DNA of 56,835 nt from an uncultured Syntrophales bacterium (GCA_964650385.1 CAZYTP010000005.1:1-56835), one strand, 5' to 3'. Shown: positions 9,834 through 20,957, counted from the first letter of the stretch. Notes: a model not told the origin generated them from the letters alone. Translations and numbers: made by a program.

Positions 9834-12434
9834 TTACAGGTATTTGAACAATCTTTGGCGAAGCAGCTCAAGCTGAGTTTTCTCTTGGGTGAGATAATAT
9901 GTTTCCCCATCTTTGAGCAATGTTTCTGCATCTATGAGAAATTCTATGGCATTTTGATAGTTTGATTTAGAAAGGGCTTCCGCTCTTAATACCTCCCCTT
10001 TTTTATGCATTTTTGTTCCCAATCTCTGAATCTTTTTGACTAAGTCCTTATCCGATTTTCTCCCCTTTTTTAGATAGGAACAACCTCTGATTACAATCCA
10101 GTAAGATTCAATATAATTGTGTATAATACCGGCAAAAGGCCTTAAGTTTGTTCTTCCCTTCCCTTTTACTTCGATCCATGTCTCATTACCACGTTCCTCA
10201 CCAACAATCATACCCCTGTCATGGATGTATGATAAAACTCTGTTGACCTCATCAAGATCATCTTTCCTGTAATCAAAAATAAATTCATGATGGAAAAGTC
10301 TTTTAAAAAACTTATAATCTTCCATGATTTGATAAAGAGGCATCGTATCCTCACTGCTTGACAGAATGGAGGTGGCAACAAAGGAGAGGAAAAGAAAAAA
10401 ATGGAGGATATTATTTTTGTAATACTCCAGGTTCAATCTCTTGTCATCCACAAGTGAATAGACAATTTCTCTAAATCCTTCTTCCTCATCTGCTTCTGCT
10501 CCCATCTTTGATATGAGCCCAGATGATTCGAATAAGTTGAGAGCACCCTCAACAGCCTTCTTCCTGTTGGCAAAAGAAGAAGAAAAGCTTACGTTTCTAA
10601 AGACAAGATAGTCATAAAGTTCGTTTACAATACCCATCAAGTCATCGTGGGATATGCCCCTTTTGTAATGACTGAGAAGTCCTAAGGCAATAAGAGAAAA
10701 AGGCGTTACCACAGACACTTCATTTATTTCGCTGACAATATCATATCCTATCTTTCTGTATAAACTCTGTCTCTCGTAAACAGACATGCCATCAAAAGAT
10801 TTTTCATGGGAAGCAAGATAAGACTTGAGCAATATCGGCTCAGCAATATTAATATAGACCCTGCCGTGGCGTTTTTTGAGAAACTTTCTGCTTTTGATGA
10901 TTGTCGACATTTTTTCTTTTTCTTTAGGAGCACCACCGAGCTCTGCCATATATGATTTTTCTTCCAAAACCCTGTCATATCCTATAAATACAGGGATTAT
11001 GGCCAGGTCATCACAGGCACCTTCTTTATATGCCTGGATTATCATAGAGAGCAAACCGTACTTTGGCATAACCATCTTGCCTGTCCGGCTTCTCCCACCC
11101 TCTATAAAAAACTCTATGGGAAGTCCCTCCTTCAACAGTACTTTCAAATACTTCGCAAAGATTTCTCCATAAAAAGGATTTCCCTTGAAACTCCTCCGCA
11201 CAAAAAAGGCACCGGATTTCCTGAAAATGTAACCGAAAGGCCCGAACATCATATTCGTTCCAGCGGCAATAAATGGCATCTGGATATTATGTTTGTAAAA
11301 GATATAAGACAAAAGGAGATAATCCATATGACTCCGATGGCAGGGAATTATAACAAAAGGCATTTTCCTCGAAACATCTCTTATTTTTGCAAGTTCTTTC
11401 CTGTCAACAACAATACCGTCATATATATTGTTCCACAGCCAAGTCAGTACTTTATACCAAATCTCCATGTAAGTTTCATTGTAATCAGCCGCTATTTCCC
11501 GCAGGTGCTTCTCTGCCTCCTTAACAACCCTGCTATAATCTTTCTTCTTTTCTACAGCCACATCTTTCATGAACCTGACAAGTTCACTATCCCTCAGAAC
11601 CATTCCAATAATTTCTTCCCTGGATTTCAAAATCGGTCCTACACTCGCTCTTTTTTCCTCATCAATTCTCTCAATAAGTTCGCTCCTCACGCGATAGGAA
11701 ATATTTTCCATGGAAAGACCTTTATTTTCCTCGAGAAACTCAGCCAAATTGATCGGTCTTGCAGATATTACAGATGCCTTTTTAGAGTTCCTCAGGAAAG
11801 TTATCAATCTTCTCAACGCACCAGGATTTTCTTTTTGCCCAAATAATACATTTATCAGTGTCTTATCCTTTTTCTCCCTTCTTCTACCGTATGCAACCAG
11901 TTCCGGTACCAGATAGATTGGAACATCCAGATCCTTTTGTGCACGGATCAACTGGATAATAGGATCCCTTACATATCTGCTGCCTATAAATTCCGAACCG
12001 CGAAGGTATATGATAGAGCTGTTTTTATCTGCCGTTACACGTTTCAAATATTCTGTTTTGTCTGGATTGAGGATGGTTTTTTTGAAGATGAAATGAAAAA
12101 AGTGGGAAAGAAAGACCATGGCAACCAAGGATAAGGGCTGCCAGATAATCATGTTAATTCCATGACAATAAACGGGTCTTTGAATACCTTTTCTGAATGA
12201 AAGTTCCCGGAGGATCAGGCAGTTTAGCTGGCTCCTGTTCTTAAGGGCGTGAACCGTAATTCCCTTCTTTGAAAGATCTTTAAGATCTTCAACATGCTCT
12301 TCAGCTAACTTTACACCGTATAGCCTTCTCCTGAATAATCCGAACAATGAAAACCTGTCTTGCTCGTGCAGAGACCCACAGTAATATTCCCCGATTTCGG
12401 TAGTCCATGATTTGACTTTCGATTTAATTGTCAT
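9834..12434 (-). CDS. plsB: Glycerol-3-phosphate acyltransferase (PlsB-like)
   Basis: HRSHMD catalytic motif, GAFFVRR, FIEGGRSRTGK; 866 aa. Confidence 0.85.
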   Translation of the reverse strand: MTIKSKVKSWTTEIGEYYCGSLHEQDRFSLFGLFRRRLYGVKLAEEHVEDLKDLSKKGITVHALKNRSQLNCLILRELSFRKGIQRPVYCHGINMIIWQPLSLVAMVFLSHFFHFIFKKTILNPDKTEYLKRVTADKNSSIIYLRGSEFIGSRYVRDPIIQLIRAQKDLDVPIYLVPELVAYGRRREKKDKTLINVLFGQKENPGALRRLITFLRNSKKASVISARPINLAEFLEENKGLSMENISYRVRSELIERIDEEKRASVGPILKSREEIIGMVLRDSELVRFMKDVAVEKKKDYSRVVKEAEKHLREIAADYNETYMEIWYKVLTWLWNNIYDGIVVDRKELAKIRDVSRKMPFVIIPCHRSHMDYLLLSYIFYKHNIQMPFIAAGTNMMFGPFGYIFRKSGAFFVRRSFKGNPFYGEIFAKYLKVLLKEGLPIEFFIEGGRSRTGKMVMPKYGLLSMIIQAYKEGACDDLAIIPVFIGYDRVLEEKSYMAELGGAPKEKEKMSTIIKSRKFLKKRHGRVYINIAEPILLKSYLASHEKSFDGMSVYERQSLYRKIGYDIVSEINEVSVVTPFSLIALGLLSHYKRGISHDDLMGIVNELYDYLVFRNVSFSSSFANRKKAVEGALNLFESSGLISKMGAEADEEEGFREIVYSLVDDKRLNLEYYKNNILHFFLFLSFVATSILSSSEDTMPLYQIMEDYKFFKRLFHHEFIFDYRKDDLDEVNRVLSYIHDRGMIVGEERGNETWIEVKGKGRTNLRPFAGIIHNYIESYWIVIRGCSYLKKGRKSDKDLVKKIQRLGTKMHKKGEVLRAEALSKSNYQNAIEFLIDAETLLKDGETYYLTQEKTQLELLRQRLFKYL

Positions 12435-12505
12435 TAATTTCTTCTGACAAACTGAGGAATTACTGCCCTTATCTGACCAACCTGCTCCTTATTTCCTGCT
12501 TAATG

Positions 12506-14290
12506 TCACTGCTCGTTTATTGGAAAATCTTCCGGAAATCGTTGAATCATATAGTTTCTCACAAACTCCTCAGTTTCAGCTGCCGTGGAAAAAGTCATCA
12601 CCTTCTTTAAAAGTTCTTTGGACTCCCACAAACTGGAATCGCGTATGATCTTCTTTACGCGCGGTATGGCCAGGGGGTTCATGCTCAGCTCGTCCAGTTC
12701 CAGGCCGAGGAGAATCATCGTATAAGCAGTCTCTCCTGCCATCTCCCCGCACATGGCAACCTTTATTCCGGCTTTATGCCCTGCATCAACAACATGTTTT
12801 ATCAACTTCAACACGGCGGGATGAAGAGGTTCATACAAATAAGAAACCTGCGCGTTCCCCCTGTCAATTGCCAGAACATACTGAATGAGATCGTTTGTGC
12901 CGATGCTAAAGAAATCCGCTTCTCTTGCCAATTCATCAACAACCATAACTGCAGATGGAACCTCTATCATTATACCGAGTTCAATATCTTTAGCAACCGG
13001 AACACCAGCTGCCACGAGATTGTCTTTTGCTTCGTTAAAAATTTTCTTAGCATCCCGAAACTCCCCTACACCTGAAATCATGGGGAACATGACTCTTGTC
13101 TTACCATAGATGCTTGCACGCAAAATAGCCCGCAACTGTATTTTAAACAATTCGACTTCTCTGAGACAAAACCTTATAGCCCTCAATCCCATCTGAGGGT
13201 TCGTCTCCCTGCCCACTCTATGACCGGAAAAGAATTTATCGCCTCCGAGATCGAATGTCCTGATGGTCGCCCCCTTAATGCCCTTATCCTCTATGACACT
13301 TTTGTAACTGAGAAAATGATCCTCTTCAGTGGGAAGTTGTTTTTTATCGATATAGATGTATTCTGTCCTGAATAAACCGACCCCATCCGCTCCATGAGCA
13401 ACAGCCGACGGAATCTCTTCAATAAACTCAATATTAGCACCTATATCTACCCTATAATTATCCTTCGTCACGGCGGGAAGAACCGCATACTGGAGAAGAC
13501 TTTCTTCAATAACCTGGTAATGCTTCTTTTTATCTTCGTATCGCCTCAGTATATCCGGATCCGGATTGATGATTACGAAACCGGAGATACCATCAATAAT
13601 AATCTCATCGTCGTTTTTAACCTCACGGACAACCTTTTCTAATCCAACTACCGCAGGGATTTCGATTGACTTCGCCACGATGGCAGTATGGGACGTCTTG
13701 CCCCCGACATCCGTAGCAAAACCCAAAACCCTTTCTACTTTCATCTGGGCTGTATCGGTCGGAGAAAGGTCTCTCGCAATAATCACAACATCCTCACCAA
13801 TATCAGAGATCGCCTCATGTTTTTCACCGGCAAGGTTTCTCAAAATCCTCTGTCCTACATACTCTACATCACTAATTCTCTCCCTGAGATACTCATCTTC
13901 CACCCTGTTAAATATTTTTCTATATTTATCGATGGTCATCCTGAGCGCCCACTCTGAATTGATACGCTTGTTTTTTATGGTCCGTATCGTATCATTAATC
14001 AACATCTGATCTCTGAGAATCATGCTATGTACATCAATAATATATAATGATTCTATACCCTCATAATCGCTCAGTTTTTTCTTGATTTTTAAAAGCTGTT
14101 TTTCCGATTCCTTCAAGGCTTTTTTGAATCTCTTTATCTCTTTTGCAACTAATTTGCTGTCTTCTAATTTATAAGGGGTCACCTTCTTAGCATCCAGTCG
14201 ATCAATGACATAGGCCTTTCCGATGGCGATACCTGGAGATACGCCAATGCCTTTAAGTATAGTCATTTTTTTTTCTTCGTTAACGCTCAT
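12506..14290 (-). CDS. ptsI: PTS enzyme I (PEP-protein phosphotransferase)
   Basis: GGKTSHTAI phospho-His motif, GLFRTE, RTFDLGGDK, SIGTNDL, MCGEMAG. Confidence 0.95.
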   Translation of the reverse strand: MSVNEEKKMTILKGIGVSPGIAIGKAYVIDRLDAKKVTPYKLEDSKLVAKEIKRFKKALKESEKQLLKIKKKLSDYEGIESLYIIDVHSMILRDQMLINDTIRTIKNKRINSEWALRMTIDKYRKIFNRVEDEYLRERISDVEYVGQRILRNLAGEKHEAISDIGEDVVIIARDLSPTDTAQMKVERVLGFATDVGGKTSHTAIVAKSIEIPAVVGLEKVVREVKNDDEIIIDGISGFVIINPDPDILRRYEDKKKHYQVIEESLLQYAVLPAVTKDNYRVDIGANIEFIEEIPSAVAHGADGVGLFRTEYIYIDKKQLPTEEDHFLSYKSVIEDKGIKGATIRTFDLGGDKFFSGHRVGRETNPQMGLRAIRFCLREVELFKIQLRAILRASIYGKTRVMFPMISGVGEFRDAKKIFNEAKDNLVAAGVPVAKDIELGIMIEVPSAVMVVDELAREADFFSIGTNDLIQYVLAIDRGNAQVSYLYEPLHPAVLKLIKHVVDAGHKAGIKVAMCGEMAGETAYTMILLGLELDELSMNPLAIPRVKKIIRDSSLWESKELLKKVMTFSTAAETEEFVRNYMIQRFPEDFPINEQ

Positions 14291-14568
14291 CAATTTTCTC
14301 CAAACTTATCTTCTATCAGGATTCCAAGACCCTCAACGGCACCACGTGCATCTTCCCCTTCCGCTCTGATCGTTATCTTGCTTCCCTTTGGGCAGGCAAG
14401 TGTCAGAATTTCCAAGAGGCTTTTCCCATTAACTTCCATTCCATCTCTTTCAAAAAAAATCTTTGATTTAAATCTACCCGACTCACGAGCCAGCATGGCT
14501 GCAACCCTCGCATGAAGACCTAATTCATTCTTTATTGTAAAGGTTTTTTTTTCCATAGTTTTACCCAT
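14290..14568 (-). CDS. ptsH: Phosphocarrier protein HPr
   Basis: GLHAR (His15) and NGKSLLEILTL (Ser46). Confidence 0.93.
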   Translation of the reverse strand: MGKTMEKKTFTIKNELGLHARVAAMLARESGRFKSKIFFERDGMEVNGKSLLEILTLACPKGSKITIRAEGEDARGAVEGLGILIEDKFGEN

Positions 14569-14583
14569 AATATAACAAAAGTG

Positions 14584-15357
14584 CTATGATATCATAAAAA
14601 ATAGGATTGTTGCCCCATAAAGTATATTCATGGAAGATATCCCCTTTTTTATCATAAAAAAAACAAGGCCGACAACAATCAATATCAAGCCCTTTTCCAT
14701 TACTTCAAAATAAAAGACACTGGAATATGAGTGAGCTGTAGAGGCAAGATGTGTAAGGATTCCAAGTAAAATTACCGATAACCATCGTATTTTTCTATAC
14801 ATTCGAGGAAGATCTGTCATTCTGACAAAATCAACGCCTTCTCTTCCTCTCCTATACCCCTCAACAAATCCCTTCAATCTGACCCATATATGAAAAGGAT
14901 TATAAATCAGAAGAAAAATCAGAGGAGCCAGAAGGAATCCTTTGATCGCCAAGGCAACCCCTACAACGGCTGAAAAGGGTTTCAGAGAACCCCAGAAAAA
15001 AGAGTCCCCCACCGCCGCATAAGGTCCCATGAGAGCATTCTTTAACTTATCCGCTTCCGGGCAATTACCATCTTCAAAAAAATCTTCCTCTAATCTCAAC
15101 ACAGACCCAATAACCGGCCCAGACATATAGGGATGCGTATTAAAAAACTGTAGATATCTGGTCAGCATGTTGGAAACCTGATGTTTGTCTTTCCCCAATT
15201 TTTTGATAAGAGGAATTACGGAAAATACAAATCCAAGATTTTGCATTCTCCAGAAATTTAACGAACATTGAATAAAAAGGGATCTCAAAAAAACTCTCAT
15301 CATAACTTTATTGAGTTTTTTGTGCCTATGCCTAACCTGTTCATCAGCCTGTGACAT
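14584..15357 (-). CDS. PTS mannose/fructose/sorbose family IID component
   Basis: MQNLGF, FFNTHPY, LMGPYAAVGDSFFW; start placed at ATG 15357 after GGAG. Confidence 0.88.
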   Translation of the reverse strand: MSQADEQVRHRHKKLNKVMMRVFLRSLFIQCSLNFWRMQNLGFVFSVIPLIKKLGKDKHQVSNMLTRYLQFFNTHPYMSGPVIGSVLRLEEDFFEDGNCPEADKLKNALMGPYAAVGDSFFWGSLKPFSAVVGVALAIKGFLLAPLIFLLIYNPFHIWVRLKGFVEGYRRGREGVDFVRMTDLPRMYRKIRWLSVILLGILTHLASTAHSYSSVFYFEVMEKGLILIVVGLVFFMIKKGISSMNILYGATILFFMIS

Positions 15358-15582
15358 ATCGTTCTCCATTTTTGAAGCCCCTGCTCCCAATACACCTTCC
15401 AATTGAGCCGCATTGACCTAACACGATTAATATATCAAGTCAATCCCCCACTGTGCAATATCTATCGAATTTTTTTCTTGACATAAAACATTTTTTTCTG
15501 TTAAGAAGCCGCACCGGTTTATAAAATGATCTGTCAGCCGGTTTTTTTTACGTCGAAACATCCAAGAAAGGGGGTGGTTAAA

Positions 15583-15861
15583 ATGGTTTGTCAAAGTATA
15601 AAGGTCGGTTTTGAGTGTGCTTTTATGAGTAAGAAGGGGTGTGGATTTAATGGAGGTAGTTGTCATCCAATCATTGATAAGTGTGAAGGTTGTTCAAAGA
15701 TTATAGAGTGTCCTACTGGAAAATACTGCATGATTTATCCTGATCCTGTAAGCAAATGGGCTATCGGCGGATGTCCTATGGCATCACACCTTAATAAAGC
15801 TACAACAGTAGTTACACAAAAAATTAATCCGTTAAAAGCCTCAAAGAGATCAAAAAGGTAA
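15583..15861 (+). CDS. PxxKW-family small cysteine-rich protein
   Basis: Ten Cys, YPDPVSKW, CPMASH, KINPLKASKR tail; G-rich RBS before ATG 15583. Confidence 0.85.
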   Translation: MVCQSIKVGFECAFMSKKGCGFNGGSCHPIIDKCEGCSKIIECPTGKYCMIYPDPVSKWAIGGCPMASHLNKATTVVTQKINPLKASKRSKR

Positions 15862-15887
15862 TTACAAACATTCAGCAATCAGCGAAA

Positions 15888-15924
15888 TAAAAAAGTGGGG
15901 GTAACCATGTGGTCACCCCTTTTT
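15888..15924 (+). terminator. Intrinsic terminator after the PxxKW gene
   Basis: A-run, GGGGTAACC-ATGT-GGTCACCCC imperfect stem, then TTTTT. Confidence 0.6.
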
Positions 15925-15952
15925 GCTGAAAGCCTGCAGTTGACAGCTGAAT

Positions 15953-16121
15953 TAGGGCCTGTAATAACTGCTACATTTCTGCAGGCCATCTTCAGCCGAT
16001 TCTCAATCGCAAAATCCTCGAAAGAACCCTGCTATTCCTGCGGTTTTACTCAATCGTATCGACTAAACCTAACCTAAATCTGAGCGCCTAATTGCACCAC
16101 TTATTTCGTGACAGGCCATTA
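15953..16121. mobile_element. ~165-bp MITE-like element with GGCCTGT/ACAGGCC ends
   Basis: TAGGGCCTGTAA at the left, TGACAGGCCATTA at the right; non-coding interior between convergent genes. Confidence 0.5.
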
Positions 16122-16457
16122 GCTTACCATCTCTCTTATTTTCAACAATTCTTTCTTGATACGTACCAAACGATCTCTGTAGCTGTCCTCGGATACACTG
16201 CTATCTTCCCTCTTCAGCCCGGATAACTTCTTCTTTGCACCAGCAATAGTAAACTGTTCAGAGTATAAGAGATTCCTGATCGTCACTAATTTCTCTACAT
16301 CCTTTTTCCTGTACAGCCGCTGGTCGGACGTTGTCCGAACAGGCTTTATCGTCTTAAATTCAGACTCCCAGTACCTTACAACATAAGGCTCCACACCGAG
16401 TATTTTGCTGACCTCACCAATACGGAAATACGATTTGTCGGGAATCTCCACGTCCAT
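16119..16457 (-). CDS. MerR-family transcriptional regulator (ihfA-associated)
   Basis: IPDKSYFRIGEVS...VRYWESEF...QRLY; usual position after ihfA. Confidence 0.9.
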   Translation of the reverse strand: MDVEIPDKSYFRIGEVSKILGVEPYVVRYWESEFKTIKPVRTTSDQRLYRKKDVEKLVTIRNLLYSEQFTIAGAKKKLSGLKREDSSVSEDSYRDRLVRIKKELLKIREMVS

Positions 16458-16654
16458 TATTGTCTCCCTAGGGGAGAATAAGATAACCTCGCCTTCAGGT
16501 AAAGATTTTAGTTTGATCTTGGATGAACGATATAGGCACAATTCATATCAAATTTACAAATTTAAAACTAACACGGTATTTTACTTTTTCATTTTTGTAT
16601 TTTGATATTTTAATTTTTTTGTGCCTCAGACTATCAGCTTCAGCCGATAGCAGA

Positions 16655-16930
16655 TTATTCATTCAGAGCTCCCTTAAGTACCTGACTCGACTTAAATGCT
16701 AAAACTTTTCTGGCGGAAATCTCAATTTCATCCCCTGTTTGGGGATTTCTCCCTTTACGTGCCTTCTTTTCTTTAACAATAAAACTGCCAAATCCAGAAA
16801 TCTTTATTTTTTCACCAAGCGCGAGATTTTCTTTCATTATATCAAATACCGCTTCCACTATTCTCGACGAATCTTTTTTTGAGAAACCCAATTTGCTACA
16901 CACATCCTGAACTATATCTATCTTAGTCAC
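16655..16930 (-). CDS. ihfA: Integration host factor subunit alpha
   Basis: KISGFGSF, RKGRNPQTG; follows pheT. Confidence 0.92.
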   Translation of the reverse strand: MTKIDIVQDVCSKLGFSKKDSSRIVEAVFDIMKENLALGEKIKISGFGSFIVKEKKARKGRNPQTGDEIEISARKVLAFKSSQVLKGALNE

Positions 16931-16954
16931 ATCTCCCTCCTAAATCGGTTTTTT

Positions 16955-19381
16955 TCAGTCTTCCTTCCCTCTGATCTTAGCCTTGGTTAAATTAACAATT
17001 CTTTCTGCTATCCTGTTATGCACCTTATCTACTTCATCATCCGTCAGTGTTTTATCAGGAGAACGATATGTAAACCTCAGTGCAAGACTTTTCATGCCAT
17101 CAGGGATGTTCTTCCCATAATATACATCGAAAACTACCACCTTTTCAAGCAAATCTTCGTTTTCCTCAACAACCAGGTCATGTATTCTTCCGCCCTCGAC
17201 ATCCTTGCCAACTAAAAAAGCAACATCCCTTGTGATTGATGGAAACTTGGGAATTTCCTTATAGACAGCGCTCTCAGTATTATTATAAAGGCTTGCAAGA
17301 ACGTCGAAGTCAAGCTCAAAAACGACAGCATTTCGCTTCAAATTCATCTTTTCAAGAATTTCCGGATGAACCTCCCCTACAAACCCAATTTCTTTATTAT
17401 CTACGAAAACTGCACTGGATTTCCCCGGATGGAGGAACGATACGTTAGCATTCGTTTTAAATTTTACATTTTTTATCATAAGCCCATCAAAAAGATTCTC
17501 CACACATCCTTTCAGGTCGTAAAAATCAGAAAGCAATCCTTTGAAGTACCAGAGATTGTCATACCTTGAACCTGTAATAAGTCCTGCAATCCTCTCATTT
17601 TCGAGAGGAAGCTCTCCTTTCTTTTGTAATATAAATACATTCCCTTTCTCAAATATCTTGAGATCAAAACAGCCAACATTTATATTTTTTCTCATCGTAT
17701 CAAGAAGGCCATATATTAGACCTGTTCTCATGACCGATTGATCTTCTGTGAGTGGATTTTTAATAATGATAAATTTTCTTCCTTCGTCACTTTTTTCCAG
17801 GCCAAGTATATTTGCCGACTCGGGGGTAATAAAACTATAATTTATTACCTCGGAATATCCCTGTCCGTTGAAGATATCTCTTATCTTATCTTCAAGAATC
17901 CTCTCTTTGCTCCTTATGTCAGGTCTCATAGAAACTGCCGGAAGAGATGTGGGAATACTGTCATATCCGTATATTCTAACAATTTCTTCAATTAGGTCAA
18001 TTTCCCTTGAAATATCTACCCTAAAGGTAGGTGGAGTTACATGATAATTCCCACTTTCTGCTTTATTTACAGTCATCTCCAGGTTTTTAAGGATTTTTTT
18101 TATTTCACTGGCTTTTACCTTAATTCCAAGTATTTCATTTACTTTCTTTACTCTGAGAGGAATATTCTTTACGGGTTTTATTCTCTTGGGATATTTGTCA
18201 ATATAATTCTTGTAAATCTTTCCACCCGAAAGGGCAGCAATCAACTGGGCCGCCCTGGCTGACGCCCTAACCACACCCTCGGGATCTACCCCGCGCTCGA
18301 ATCTAAAAGATGCATCCGTGCTCATCCCCAACCACTTGGAGGTCTTTCGAATCGAGGTTGGATCGAAATAAGCGCTTTCCAGAAGTATCGTTTCTGTATC
18401 GTCTATAACCTCTGAATTCAATCCCCCCATTATACCGGCAACCGCAACCGGTTTTACACCATCACATATCATCAAAGTATCGGCCCTCAGTATCCTTTCT
18501 TTTCCGTCCAGAGAAACAAATTCCTCTCCTTCTCGTGCACCACGGACACTAATCCTCCCCTCCTCGAGAAAACGAAAATCAAAAGCATGTAAGGGCTGAC
18601 CAAATTCCATCATCACAAAATTTGTTATGTCAACAATATTATTTATTGCACGCAGGCCAACGGCTTCAAGCCTCAATCGCATCCAGCGTGGAGAAGGTTT
18701 GACATTGACGTTTTTGATTAATCTGGCGGTATACCTTGGACAGAGGTCTGGATTAAGTATTTCTACAGAGGTAATGTCCGTAATATCCTCTTCCGATTCC
18801 GAAATTACTATTCCCGGATACCTGAGTTTTTTACCTGTTATGACAGCAACTTCTCTTGCAATCCCGATAATACCAAGGCAATCAGAACGGTTCGGTGTGA
18901 TTCCAATATCAAAAACAGTGTCTTTCAAGTCCAGTGCATCTGTTAAATCTTCACCCGGAGAAAGCCCTTCAGAAAGTATCATTATACCAGAAGCATCTTC
19001 CCCGAGCCCAAGTTCATCTTCAGAACAGAGCATCCCGTAAGATTTTTCTCCCCTTATTTTAGAGCTTTTAATTGTATAACCGCCCGGTATTGTAGCACCC
19101 ACCAAAGCCAGGGGAACGATATCCCCGATATTCATGTTCTTTGCACCACACACAACGGAATAAGTTTTATCTCCCGTCGTAACTTCACACAAAGAAAGTT
19201 TATCGGCACCTGGATGAGGCCTTATGGAAAGAATTTTTGCCACAACAACATTGGTAAATTCAGGACATACCTCTTTCACAGAATCCACCTCAAGCCCCGC
19301 CATGGTCAACCTGTCGGCAAGTTCTCCCGGCCTTAACTCAACATCAACATAATCTTTAAGCCATCTAAGACTGACTAACAT
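16955..19381 (-). CDS. pheT: Phenylalanine-tRNA ligase beta subunit
   Basis: HPGADKL, ITPNRSDCL, GQPLHAFD, RFERGVDP, C-terminal FDX-ACB. Confidence 0.97.
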   Translation of the reverse strand: MLVSLRWLKDYVDVELRPGELADRLTMAGLEVDSVKEVCPEFTNVVVAKILSIRPHPGADKLSLCEVTTGDKTYSVVCGAKNMNIGDIVPLALVGATIPGGYTIKSSKIRGEKSYGMLCSEDELGLGEDASGIMILSEGLSPGEDLTDALDLKDTVFDIGITPNRSDCLGIIGIAREVAVITGKKLRYPGIVISESEEDITDITSVEILNPDLCPRYTARLIKNVNVKPSPRWMRLRLEAVGLRAINNIVDITNFVMMEFGQPLHAFDFRFLEEGRISVRGAREGEEFVSLDGKERILRADTLMICDGVKPVAVAGIMGGLNSEVIDDTETILLESAYFDPTSIRKTSKWLGMSTDASFRFERGVDPEGVVRASARAAQLIAALSGGKIYKNYIDKYPKRIKPVKNIPLRVKKVNEILGIKVKASEIKKILKNLEMTVNKAESGNYHVTPPTFRVDISREIDLIEEIVRIYGYDSIPTSLPAVSMRPDIRSKERILEDKIRDIFNGQGYSEVINYSFITPESANILGLEKSDEGRKFIIIKNPLTEDQSVMRTGLIYGLLDTMRKNINVGCFDLKIFEKGNVFILQKKGELPLENERIAGLITGSRYDNLWYFKGLLSDFYDLKGCVENLFDGLMIKNVKFKTNANVSFLHPGKSSAVFVDNKEIGFVGEVHPEILEKMNLKRNAVVFELDFDVLASLYNNTESAVYKEIPKFPSITRDVAFLVGKDVEGGRIHDLVVEENEDLLEKVVVFDVYYGKNIPDGMKSLALRFTYRSPDKTLTDDEVDKVHNRIAERIVNLTKAKIRGKED

Positions 19382-19493
19382 GTTTTATTCCCTTTGATTG
19401 AAAGATAAAAATCTGACTTGAAAACCAGCATTAATTTTGAGAAGTGTTCCGTTTAAATATTGTTTTTACTGAAAGTTGACAGCCGGTTGCTTA

Positions 19494-20510
19494 CTAAAAC
19501 TGTTCCAAAAATCTCTGATCATTTTCATAAAATAATCTGATATCCGATATGCTGTATTTGAGCATGGCAATCCTCTCGACACCGAGACCAAAGGCAAATC
19601 CTGTTATTTCTTCCAGATCATAGTCAACTGACTTGAAAACTTCGGGATCAACCATGCCCGCCCCAAGGATCTCAAGCCATCCGCTCTGACCACATACACG
19701 GCATCCGGCACCACCGCAAATTATACATTGAATATCAACCTCTGCACTCGGTTCCGTGAATGGGAAGAAACTGGGACGAAATCTAAGGAGAGTCTTTCCA
19801 CCAAAGATTTTCTGGAGAAAGTACGTCAAAACACCCTTAAGGTCACTGAAGGTAATCCCTTTATCAACCCAAAGGCCCTCAATCTGGTGAAACATCGGGG
19901 TATGGGAGATGTCTGAATCGTGCCGGTAAACCTTACCTGGCGACACAATCCTGACAGGTGGCCGTTGCTTTTCCATAATCCTGATTTGAACGGGAGATGT
20001 ATGTGTACGAAGAACGATATTGTCCTCTACATAAAATGTGTCCTGCATGTCTTTGGCGGGATGATCTTGGGGAATGTTGAGGGCTTCAAAATTATAGTAG
20101 TCCAGCTCGACCTCCGGACCTTTTGCCACAGAAAAACCGAGCCCAAAAAAAATTTCACATATTTCGTCAGATACCTTAGTTATAGGATGGATTCTTCCAT
20201 ATTTCACCCCTCTGCCTGGAAGAGTTATATCGATTTTCTCATGCAGAAGTGCTTCGTATTTTCCCTGTAAAGAAATTTTTTCCAGGGTATTTTCTATCTT
20301 TACGGAAAGAGCTTCTTTTATCTCGTTTGCGAGTTTTCCCAGAAGCGGCCTTTGTTGCGGTGAGACACTCCCTATTTTACGAAGAAGTGCAGTAAGATAA
20401 CCATTTCTCCCAAGGTATTGTGTGCGTATTTCAAGGATTTCTTCTTTGCTTTTCGCAGAATTGAGTTGAGCTTCTGCTTCCTTCTGAAGCCCCACAAGAT
20501 CTTCTCTCAT
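19494..20510 (-). CDS. pheS: Phenylalanine-tRNA ligase alpha subunit
   Basis: [30 protein letters not shown]. Confidence 0.97.
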   Translation of the reverse strand: MREDLVGLQKEAEAQLNSAKSKEEILEIRTQYLGRNGYLTALLRKIGSVSPQQRPLLGKLANEIKEALSVKIENTLEKISLQGKYEALLHEKIDITLPGRGVKYGRIHPITKVSDEICEIFFGLGFSVAKGPEVELDYYNFEALNIPQDHPAKDMQDTFYVEDNIVLRTHTSPVQIRIMEKQRPPVRIVSPGKVYRHDSDISHTPMFHQIEGLWVDKGITFSDLKGVLTYFLQKIFGGKTLLRFRPSFFPFTEPSAEVDIQCIICGGAGCRVCGQSGWLEILGAGMVDPEVFKSVDYDLEEITGFAFGLGVERIAMLKYSISDIRLFYENDQRFLEQF

Positions 20511-20866
20511 GTCGCCCGTTCACCCGTTGCAATACTGACAATTTCTGAAAATCCCATGGGATCGTTAACCGCAAGTTCTGCAAGAATTTTTCTGTCTATC
20601 TCCACTCCGACCTTGTTCATGCCATCAATCAATCTGCTGTATGAAACATTGTTCATACGGGCGGCTGCGTTTATTCTGGCTATCCATAGTTTCCTAAAGT
20701 CTCTTTTCCTCGCCTTTCTATCCCTATAGGCATACTTCATAGCCCGATCAACAGCTTCCGTAGCAGTCTTGTATAATCTGCTCCTCGCACCAAAATATCC
20801 TTTTGCCTGTTTAATGATCTTTTTTCTTCTCTTCCTGCTACTCACACTTTTTTTTACTCTCGGCAT
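20507..20866 (-). CDS. rplT: 50S ribosomal protein L20
   Basis: MPRVK...AKGYFGAR...[11 protein letters not shown]. Confidence 0.97.
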   Translation of the reverse strand: MPRVKKSVSSRKRRKKIIKQAKGYFGARSRLYKTATEAVDRAMKYAYRDRKARKRDFRKLWIARINAAARMNNVSYSRLIDGMNKVGVEIDRKILAELAVNDPMGFSEIVSIATGERAT

Positions 20867-20957
20867 CTTTATCTCCTAATCCGGATCTACTTAAAGCAGA
20901 GAATCCAGCACGGTATTTTTAAACAACAATTCCCAAATGAATCTCCAAGTAACTGGA

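Noticed and set aside
15862..16118. tRNA-Pro after merR
   Set aside because: No cloverleaf or T-arm signature on either strand.
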